NCBI GenBank assembly: GCA_963768105.1
Contig: CAVYGR010000004.1
Location: 118,019-182,018 of the forward strand
Direction of reading: 5' to 3'
Length of the DNA stretch: 64,000 nt
From: Candidatus Dormiibacterota bacterium
GTDB taxonomy: Bacteria > Chloroflexota > Dormibacteria > Aeolococcales > Aeolococcaceae
The notes below the pieces were generated by a model that was given only the letters and a program-made list of their open reading frames with translations, was not told the DNA's origin and did not search any database. Shown piece after piece: positions 1 to 7,021 of the stretch. How positions within the stretch are numbered: position 1 is the stretch's first letter; each line of letters begins with the position of its first letter. Position numbers and translations under genes: made by a program.

Positions 1-1
1 G

Positions 2-505
2 GCAACCGCCGGCACGGGTGGCACACCGACCGCCATCGCAACACCCGTGCAAACACCGACAACAGTGCCGACGCCAACACCGATACCGACAGCGATCGCC
101 ACCCCAACTCCCACTCCCACGCCGGTGCCGACGCACGCTCCCGCGACGGGCACCGCGATCACGTTGCGCAGCGTGGGCAATCTCGGGCAGATCCTCGTCG
201 GTGCAAACGGCAAGACCGTGTATGTCTTTCTGGCGGATAGAGGGACGACGTCCACCTGCAACGGGTCATGCGCGCAGAACTGGCCGCCGGTGACCACGAC
301 GGGCACTCCCCGGGCGATGGGCGGCGTATCGCAGGCACTGCTTGGCACCACGAGGCGCGCGAGCGGAAGCATGCAGGTCACGTACCACGGACATCCGCTC
401 TACTACTTCATCGCCGACAGTGGTCCGGGCATGGCCAATGGCGAAGGGCTCAACGCATTTGGCGCCCTCTGGGAGGTCATCACCGCCGCCGGAATGTCAA
501 GGTGA
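2..505 (+). CDS. Secreted or lipoprotein-type protein with a Thr/Pro-rich linker and a conserved repeat (GKTVYVF..D...C.G.CA..WPP, YYF..D), as in the 'secreted repeat of unknown function' lipoprotein family. It is 5'-partial: the frame is open to the window start.
   Basis: The ORF at 47..505 stays open in frame back to nt 2. There is a TP-rich low-complexity N-terminal part, then repeat motifs GKTVYVFLADRG..C.G.CA.NWPP and HPLYYFIADSG. Confidence 0.55.
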   Translation, partial: ATAGTGGTPTAIATPVQTPTTVPTPTPIPTAIATPTPTPTPVPTHAPATGTAITLRSVGNLGQILVGANGKTVYVFLADRGTTSTCNGSCAQNWPPVTTTGTPRAMGGVSQALLGTTRRASGSMQVTYHGHPLYYFIADSGPGMANGEGLNAFGALWEVITAAGMSR

Positions 506-518
506 CGGCGTTGGCGGG

Positions 519-1064
519 CTATTTCTTCCGCTTCCCCGCCGCCGCCTTGGATCGCGCTATCTCCGCCTGATACCTCGCGAATTCGACATCAAAGCTCTCG
601 AAGCCGAACCCTTCGCACAGCGACCGCGCGTACCGAAGCTTGAGCGCACCCGTCGCCACGTCGCGAGCCAACCGCCGGCCTTCGCCCGCTTCGTACTCCT
701 GGGTATCGGCGGCCAGCGCGGCGAGCGGTCGACTGAGCGACGTTCGGCCGTGTGCGGTCCGATCCGCCTCCACGCCATCCACATCCGGCCCGACCAGCTG
801 CGCGGCGTAGGACGTCCTGCCCGCGTCGACGTGCAACTCGAGCTTCACACCTCGAGCCCGCAAGAAGGTGAGATCCGCGAGTGTGTCGGGGAAATAGTCG
901 GCTGCTATCTCCAGCAGCCGACGCCACGGCCGAGCCGCGGATTCATATCGGACGATGGTATTTACCAGTCTCATCTCGAGCTCAGTATCCGGCACCGAAG
1001 CCAGTTCGATCAAGGCGCTTAGGCGCCGGGCGCAGTCACAAACGCTGGTGAATGGTTGCTGCAT
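519..1064 (-). CDS. Hypothetical protein (181 aa).
   Basis: This is the longest non-low-complexity ORF in the interval. Competing plus-strand ORFs are Arg/Pro-rich high-GC artefacts. No recognisable motif. Confidence 0.4.
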   Translation of the reverse strand: MQQPFTSVCDCARRLSALIELASVPDTELEMRLVNTIVRYESAARPWRRLLEIAADYFPDTLADLTFLRARGVKLELHVDAGRTSYAAQLVGPDVDGVEADRTAHGRTSLSRPLAALAADTQEYEAGEGRRLARDVATGALKLRYARSLCEGFGFESFDVEFARYQAEIARSKAAAGKRKK

Positions 1065-1313
1065 GACGCGACTCGCGCGAGTCGTCCGCGACGCCGGCTC
1101 GAGATGCGGCGGCGCGCGGCAGGAGTGCGGGAGATACTGCGATGCCAGCGTCGATGACCCCGCCGCGCTCCACGGTGTGCACCTCGATGGCGTTGCAGAA
1201 CACGCCGTTTGTCAACGACCCGCGGTGATGGCGCGGGGAGTGGTTAGGACGCACGATGCCGTACCATGGCCCGTTGCTGAGATTGAGGCAAACGCCTTCG
1301 CTGGGAGTGACCC

Positions 1314-2108
1314 GTGGATACTCGGACCATCGCCACTCGCCCTGACGGCGCGCCCGCTGCCCTGGCAACTGACGCCAGCGCTTCGGATCTCTACCTCGAC
1401 CTCATGAAACGCTGCCTCACCAACTCGATCTATGCCTCGAGCGAGGGCGCGACCTTCGATGCCGATCAACGCGCGACCGGCCATGACTGGCCGCCAACCG
1501 CCCACACCATGATCGGGCTGCGTCGACTGGACCAAGTGCAGCACTGCGTCGAGGATGTCATTCACTCCCAGGTTCCGGGCGACCTGATTGAGACCGGGGT
1601 CTGGCGAGGCGGTACGTCCATCTTCATGCGCGCGCTGCTGCGGGTTCATGGTGTCAGCGATCGCACCGTCTGGGTGGCAGATTCGTTCGAGGGGTTGCCG
1701 GCTCCCGACCTCGAGCACTATCCGCAGGACACCGGCGAGGTGGCGACCCTGCACGGCGTCGAGTACCTGGCGGTGTCTCTCGAGCAGGTCAAGGACAACT
1801 TCCGTGCCTATGGGCTTCTGGACGATCACGTTCGCTTCCTCAAGGGGTGGTTCAAGGACACCCTGCCCGACGCTCCGATCAACCGGCTCGCAGTGCTCCG
1901 ATTGGACGGCGACATGTACCAGTCCACGATGCAGGCACTGGATGCTCTCTACCCCAAGCTATCGGTCGGCGGGTACGTCATCGTTGACGACTACGGTGCC
2001 ATCGAGCAGTGCCGCCAGGCGGTCCATGACTATCGTGAAGCCCACGGAATCTCGGACGAGATGACCATGGTCGATTGGACCGGCGTCCACTGGAAGCGCA
2101 GTTCCTGA
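1314..2108 (+). CDS. Class I SAM-dependent O-methyltransferase of the TylF/MycF (macrocin O-methyltransferase) family.
   Basis: N-terminal LYLDLMKRCLTNSIY, then ETGVWRGGTSIFMRALL and VLRLDGDMYQSTMQALDALYPKLSVGGYVIVDDY, all typical of TylF-family methyltransferases. Confidence 0.8.
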   Translation: MDTRTIATRPDGAPAALATDASASDLYLDLMKRCLTNSIYASSEGATFDADQRATGHDWPPTAHTMIGLRRLDQVQHCVEDVIHSQVPGDLIETGVWRGGTSIFMRALLRVHGVSDRTVWVADSFEGLPAPDLEHYPQDTGEVATLHGVEYLAVSLEQVKDNFRAYGLLDDHVRFLKGWFKDTLPDAPINRLAVLRLDGDMYQSTMQALDALYPKLSVGGYVIVDDYGAIEQCRQAVHDYREAHGISDEMTMVDWTGVHWKRSS

Positions 2109-2130
2109 ACGGGGTTATGAGCCGGAAGGG

Positions 2131-2204
2131 TGGGCGGGCCAGGATTCGAACCTGGGACCGTGGGGTTATGAGCCCCCTGCTCTAACCGGCTGAGCTACCC
2201 GCCC
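2131..2204 (-). tRNA. tRNA-Met (anticodon CAT). As an elongator-type tRNA it could alternatively be tRNA-Ile2 (lysidine).
   Basis: The reverse complement reads GGGCGGGTAGCTCAGCCGGTTAGAGCAGGGGGCTCATAACCCCACGGTCCCAGGTTCGAATCCTGGCCCGCCCA. It has a 7-bp acceptor stem, D-arm, CAT anticodon loop, T-arm GGTTCGAATCC and discriminator A. CCA is not encoded. Confidence 0.85.
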
Positions 2205-2270
2205 TGTCGCGAACTCTAGCCGGAGACCACCCGCCCGCACGACACGGCCGATCTCAGCCACCATAGAATC

Positions 2271-2858
2271 ATGAACGAAATTCCTCCCGTGGTTGCCGAC
2301 AGCGACCGCCTTATCGATGCTGTCGCGCGGCTGGTCGATGGCGTCAGACCGGACCAATGGACCGCCTCGACACCGTGCCCCGACTGGAATGTGCGCCAGC
2401 TGCTCCAGCACGTGACCAACGGCAACGTCATCTTCGCGACCATCGCGACGGGAGAGCGGGCGCCCGGCCCGATCACGCCCGAGGAGCGCGCCGTCGACTG
2501 GCTGGGCGCCGACCCCGCCGCGGGATTCCGCGCCACCGGAAAGGTGATGCACGACGCCTTCATGACTCCCGGCTTCCTCGACGGCCGCCACGAAACCCCG
2601 GTCATGGGCGAGCAGAGTGGGACGACGATCGTGCACATGCGGATGAACGAGCTGCTCATTCACGGCTGGGACCTCGCCCGAGCGACCGCGCAGCCGGCCG
2701 ACCTCCCCGAGGATCTCGCCGAGGGTGCGCTGCGCATGTGGCAGACCCGGCTGGCCGACCGCCCCCGCCAGGGGATGCCGTTCGACGAGCCGACGCCGAT
2801 CGCCGACGGCGCCCCCGCCATCGACCGCCTCGCCGCGTACCTCGGACGGAAGCCCTGA
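2271..2858 (+). CDS. DinB/YfiT-like protein with a mycothiol-dependent maleylpyruvate isomerase N-terminal-type domain (TIGR03083/TIGR03086-like).
   Basis: The motifs DQW..STPCPDWNVRQLLQHV and IVHMRMNELLIHGWDLARA are typical of this actinobacterial family. Confidence 0.65.
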   Translation: MNEIPPVVADSDRLIDAVARLVDGVRPDQWTASTPCPDWNVRQLLQHVTNGNVIFATIATGERAPGPITPEERAVDWLGADPAAGFRATGKVMHDAFMTPGFLDGRHETPVMGEQSGTTIVHMRMNELLIHGWDLARATAQPADLPEDLAEGALRMWQTRLADRPRQGMPFDEPTPIADGAPAIDRLAAYLGRKP

Positions 2859-2881
2859 CCGCGCCGGCACCACGCCGCCCG

Positions 2882-3400
2882 GGGAAGGAGCAGTACTTCC
2901 TGCTCATCGCGCTCGCCGCGCGCACACGAGCTGACTGTCTCGGCCGGAGAGTTGGCGCGGTGATCACGCGTGATGCCCGCGTGCTCAGCACCGGCTACAA
3001 CGGCACGCCGTTTGGGATGCCCAACTGCTCCGAGGGTGGATGCCACCGCTGTTCGCGACGCGATGATGACGGCCTGCGTGGCGGCGCGTACGACATCTGC
3101 GTGTGCGTGCACGCCGAGCAGAACGCGCTGCTGACCGCCGCGCGCTTCGGTCAGCAGACGCTGGGCGCGTCGATGACGTCGACAACGCAACCCTGCTTCG
3201 GTTGCCTCAAGGAGATGCTCCAGGCAGGGATCACCGAGGTGCATTACCTCCATCCGTGGGATCCGATGGAGGCCTACGACGACCGGGCGCTGGTGCAGCA
3301 GTACGCCGCGCTGCGAGCGCGATTCGACAGCTTCTCGCAGGTCGGCGATCCGTCGATGGACACTCCGGATCTCTTCGGAGCCTTCATCGAGCAGCACTGA
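2882..3400 (+). CDS. dCMP (deoxycytidylate) deaminase of the ComEB type. The start codon is uncertain.
   Basis: EQYFLLIALAARTRADC, then the zinc-binding HAEQNAL and PCFGCLKEM motifs. No in-frame ATG, GTG or TTG lies between the upstream stop at 2856 and the domain. An SD-like gaaggag at 2884-2890 suggests a CTG at 2900 or an ATC at 2906, or else an undetected indel. Confidence 0.7.
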   Translation, partial: GKEQYFLLIALAARTRADCLGRRVGAVITRDARVLSTGYNGTPFGMPNCSEGGCHRCSRRDDDGLRGGAYDICVCVHAEQNALLTAARFGQQTLGASMTSTTQPCFGCLKEMLQAGITEVHYLHPWDPMEAYDDRALVQQYAALRARFDSFSQVGDPSMDTPDLFGAFIEQH

Positions 3401-3402
3401 GA

Positions 3403-5079
3403 CTACGCGCCGGTCTGGTCGACCAGCTGCACGCGGTCGCGCTCGATCGCCGTCGCGAGCGCGCTAACGCGCGACAGCGTGTCGATTTCGGCCGCCGATT
3501 TGTCCTGGCGCCAGCGGGCGATGCGCGGGAATCGCAGCGCGAAACCGGACCGGTGCCGCGCTGACACCTGCACCGCATCGAAGGCAACTTCGAGCACGAT
3601 GCGCGGCTCAACGGTGCGGTAGTGGCCGTGGTCGCTCACGGTGATCTCGAGCAGCAGCGCGGTCATCTCCGCGATCTCGGCATCGGTGAGACCCGTGTAG
3701 GCCTTGCCGATGGTTGCCAGGTCGCCGGTCTCGTCGACCCGCACCGCGAAGGTGACGTCGCTGAGCACGCCTCGCCGTTTGCCGTGCCCCCATTCGGCGC
3801 CGACCACCACGACGTCGAGCGTGTCCAGCGGCCGCTTCAGCTTGAGCCAGTTCAATCCTCGCCGCCCCGGGGTGTACGCCGACTCGGGTTGCTTGAGGAG
3901 GAGACCCTCGTTGAGGCGCGCGCGCGCGTCGGCGAAGCGCCGATCCACCTCCGCGGCTCCGCGGACGCGCTCGAGGTGGGCGAGCGCGAGTGGATGCGGC
4001 ACCGCGAGCGCCTCGAGGCGCTCGCGCCGCTCCCGCAACGGACGATCGAGCAGCACCTCGTCGCCGGCCACTAGCAGGTCCCAGGCGACGTAGATCACCG
4101 GCACCGCGGCCATCAGCGCGTCATCAGGCGCCACCCTTCCCAGCCGCGTCTGCAGTGCGTGGAAGGGCATCACTCGGCCGTCGTGGAAAGCGAGGATCTC
4201 GCCGTCGAGCATCACGTCCGCGCTGAGATGCTGCGCGCCGGCACGGACCTCGGGAAACTGCGCCGTGATGTTCTTGAGGTCGCGGCTGTACAGGGCAACC
4301 CGCGCGCCGCGACGGTGGAGCTGGCACCTGATGCCGTCATACTTGTCTTCAACCCACACGTCCTCGCCGAGGCGTGCGACCGCCTCGGCGGCGTCGGCGA
4401 CCGGCGTCGCGAGCATGGATCGCAGCGGCACGAACCAGTGCGGGGCCGCCTCCGCCAAACGGCCCGCGGCGGCGAGGAGGGCTGCCTCGCCGGCATCGCC
4501 GGTGAGCATCACCGCTCGGCTCACCGCCGCCTGATCGACGCCGAAGGCGGCGGCGATCGCTTCCTCCACCAGCCCTTCGCGCAACCCGATGCGCAGCTCG
4601 GCGGTGATGAGCTTGGCGACGTACCGGGCCTCGTCCGAGTTCGCGCGCTCGAGGAGGTTGCGGAGCAGCTGCTTGCGAGCCTGTACGCCGCGTGCGCCCG
4701 CGATCGCGGCAAAGGACCGGTCGAGGTCGCGGAGCGAAATCCACGCGGTGTCCCCTTGCTCCCGGCGCTCGAACAGCTCGCGGGTGACGTCACCAGTGTC
4801 GGAATGGCGGCGCCACGCCCGGCGAATCTCGGCGTCATCGGCACCACTGACCTCTTGCAACACCGACGAGAAGGCCGCCCCGCCCACATTCAACGTGCGC
4901 TCGTCGCCACCGGGAAAGATGGATCCGGTGAAGTAGCGCGCCGCCAGCGCCACCTCGTCCCCTTCGGTGCCACCGAGGAACTCTGCGAGCAGGCGCACCT
5001 TGCCGAGCTTCGACGGCGTGCTTGCGATGGCGTCTCCGGCGCGCGCCAACTCGGCCAGGGTGGTCACGCGGGCCATCAT
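3403..5079 (-). CDS. ATP-dependent DNA ligase (LigB/Cdc9-like, about 559 aa).
   Basis: KYDGIR adenylation motif (EDKYDGIRCQ), an N-terminal DNA-binding domain and a C-terminal OB-fold region. The tandem ATGATG at 5079/5076 matches the family N-terminus MMARVTTLAEL. The 220-codon upstream extension of the ORF is Arg-rich artefact. Confidence 0.85.
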   Translation of the reverse strand: MMARVTTLAELARAGDAIASTPSKLGKVRLLAEFLGGTEGDEVALAARYFTGSIFPGGDERTLNVGGAAFSSVLQEVSGADDAEIRRAWRRHSDTGDVTRELFERREQGDTAWISLRDLDRSFAAIAGARGVQARKQLLRNLLERANSDEARYVAKLITAELRIGLREGLVEEAIAAAFGVDQAAVSRAVMLTGDAGEAALLAAAGRLAEAAPHWFVPLRSMLATPVADAAEAVARLGEDVWVEDKYDGIRCQLHRRGARVALYSRDLKNITAQFPEVRAGAQHLSADVMLDGEILAFHDGRVMPFHALQTRLGRVAPDDALMAAVPVIYVAWDLLVAGDEVLLDRPLRERRERLEALAVPHPLALAHLERVRGAAEVDRRFADARARLNEGLLLKQPESAYTPGRRGLNWLKLKRPLDTLDVVVVGAEWGHGKRRGVLSDVTFAVRVDETGDLATIGKAYTGLTDAEIAEMTALLLEITVSDHGHYRTVEPRIVLEVAFDAVQVSARHRSGFALRFPRIARWRQDKSAAEIDTLSRVSALATAIERDRVQLVDQTGA

Positions 5080-5132
5080 GGCCCACCCGACCACGGCGTC
5101 AAGCGGAGAGCGACGGGCCGCGCGACGCTGCG

Positions 5133-6917
5133 CTAGCTGAAGATGGGTGGGAGGTGGGCAGCGCAGCCGGCGCAGGCCGCCGACCACCACAGGCTGCCGT
5201 CGCTCTGCTGCCAGAACGCCGCAACCGCATTGGTGTACCAGTTCACGACCGACACGCTCGACGCCGAGACCACTCTGTTGAGCAGCTCGGGCCCGATCCA
5301 ACCGTTGGCCGGCGCATAGATGGCCGAGGCGAGGCCGCCACTCGGGCGCTGCATGACCACGGTGACGGAGCTGGCGCCGGATCCGGACGCCACCGGCCGC
5401 CCCATGCTCACGGCCTTGTCGACCTCGACCTGGGCCGATCCACCGGACGAGGTGACCGGTGCCGCCCACACCGAGCCGGCCTGGGTACGCCAGACAGCGT
5501 CGAAGGTCGCCTGCCCGGCGATCGCCATTGTCGGGTCGCTTGCCAGGCCGCCGAGTCCGACCTTCTGCGCGCCGAACCATCCGTAGGACGCTCCGAGCTC
5601 GGTCCAGAGGTTGCCGGCTGCGTCGCGCCATGCGACCGCGACAGCGCCGCCCGACGCCGCGGCGGCGGGGTTGCCGGCGACCGCCCCTGTTGCCAATGGC
5701 GTGGGCCCAGACCAGGTGCCGGTGTAGCTGTCGGTCCACAGCGTGCCATCGGTGGCTTTCCAGAACACCTCCATGTCACCCGGGCCCTGGCTGATGGCTG
5801 CAGGCGCCGAGCCGGGGGCGAGCGTCCCGACGTCGAGGACGTGTGATGTCAGCCACGTCTGGGTGCCGTAGAGACCTGCCTGCGACTGGGCCTGCCAGAG
5901 CTGACCCGAGCTGTCCGCCCAGAAGGCGTCCACCTGGCCCGGCAGCGGCGACACCACGGCGGGAGTCGAGGCGGCGTTGCCGAGCGTGATGGCGACCTGC
6001 GGGTCCCACGTCCGGTTGCGATACGCCAGGTCCTGCAGGTTCGAAGCCGCATCCCGCCAGATGACGTCGATGTTGCCGGGCTGATCGGAGACGCTCTGTG
6101 GGGGTCCGGCAACGTTCGACGACGCCAGTTCGACTGGGGTCTGCTCGGTCTCGCGCAGCCACCCGATGATCGGGGTGTAGCCGTTGGCGGTCACCCTCGA
6201 CCCACTGAGCGGAAACCGGTCGGTCCCGGACGAGGTCGCGTTCTGCTCGACCACGTCGACATAACCGGGGCCGACATCGCGGACGATCGCGACGTGCCCC
6301 GATCCATCCCAGTAGCTGCTCAGCCAGCCCGGGGCGAAGATCATCAGGTCACCCTGCATCGGCGGGGTCCCAGCGCCGTTGGGTAACTGCACGAGCGGGA
6401 CCGGCAGGTTCGGTCCCGCCTGCCACATGGTGTTCGCCCCACCGACCGCGCCGTAGCCGTACCAGTTCGTCGGCTCACCCCAGGCGTAGAACGCGTACCG
6501 AATCGCGAGTTCCTCGCACTGGAATTCCGGGCCGAACTTGCACGCGTTCGGTGGCCCGCAGCCGACATTGCCAAACCCGTTGCCGTTGCCGTACGCGGTC
6601 AGGTTCGCGCAGTCGGTCACCCAGGTCGCCCACGCGCAGCCGCTGATCAGCGGCGCACCGTAGTTCCCGGTGCCGCCAACCTCGGCGGCAAGCATCCCGT
6701 GCGTGACCGTCGGCGCGGTCGGGGTGGCCGGCTCGGTCGTGGTCGTCGGACGGCGATGCGGGGATCCCGTGAGGGCGACCACGGCGCCGACGCTCCTGGC
6801 GACCATGGTGGAAGCCGGCCTATCCGCTGCCATTGTCGCCGTGCTGATGAGGGGGCTGACGCTTGCGGAGGCGGCCAGAAACCCGGCGAGCGCAAGCCGA
6901 TACAGGTTGGGATGCAT
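5133..6917 (-). CDS. Secreted CHAP/NlpC-P60-type peptidoglycan hydrolase fused to six W-containing beta-propeller-like repeats (PLL/tectonin-like, about 45-50 aa each).
   Basis: Signal peptide MHPNLYRLALAGFLAASA. CHAP core with the Cys (GCGPPNACKF..QCEEL) and the His (GSGHVAIV). Then six repeats of the pattern [IV]D.[FVAI]W....G.LW. Confidence 0.7.
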   Translation of the reverse strand: MHPNLYRLALAGFLAASASVSPLISTATMAADRPASTMVARSVGAVVALTGSPHRRPTTTTEPATPTAPTVTHGMLAAEVGGTGNYGAPLISGCAWATWVTDCANLTAYGNGNGFGNVGCGPPNACKFGPEFQCEELAIRYAFYAWGEPTNWYGYGAVGGANTMWQAGPNLPVPLVQLPNGAGTPPMQGDLMIFAPGWLSSYWDGSGHVAIVRDVGPGYVDVVEQNATSSGTDRFPLSGSRVTANGYTPIIGWLRETEQTPVELASSNVAGPPQSVSDQPGNIDVIWRDAASNLQDLAYRNRTWDPQVAITLGNAASTPAVVSPLPGQVDAFWADSSGQLWQAQSQAGLYGTQTWLTSHVLDVGTLAPGSAPAAISQGPGDMEVFWKATDGTLWTDSYTGTWSGPTPLATGAVAGNPAAAASGGAVAVAWRDAAGNLWTELGASYGWFGAQKVGLGGLASDPTMAIAGQATFDAVWRTQAGSVWAAPVTSSGGSAQVEVDKAVSMGRPVASGSGASSVTVVMQRPSGGLASAIYAPANGWIGPELLNRVVSASSVSVVNWYTNAVAAFWQQSDGSLWWSAACAGCAAHLPPIFS

Positions 6918-7021
6918 GCCCCCACACCCTGCCAGAGAGGATCTGACACTGCCGTCACACCGGCGCAACGATCGAGTTCGTCAGGCCATGACGGCGGGAG
7001 CCCCCGAGGAAGCCGGATTCC

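Noticed and set aside
2856-2910. dCMP deaminase as a translational fusion or read-through of the upstream TIGR03083 gene.
   Set aside because: The two are in different frames and separated by a TGA. An SD-like GAAGGAG immediately precedes the deaminase domain. A non-canonical start (CTG or ATC) or a consensus indel is more likely than a fusion, so I kept them as separate genes with the start flagged uncertain.
5080-5739. 220-codon N-terminal extension of the DNA ligase ORF.
   Set aside because: Arg-rich artefact. The family N-terminus MMARVTTLAEL begins at the tandem ATG at 5079/5076.
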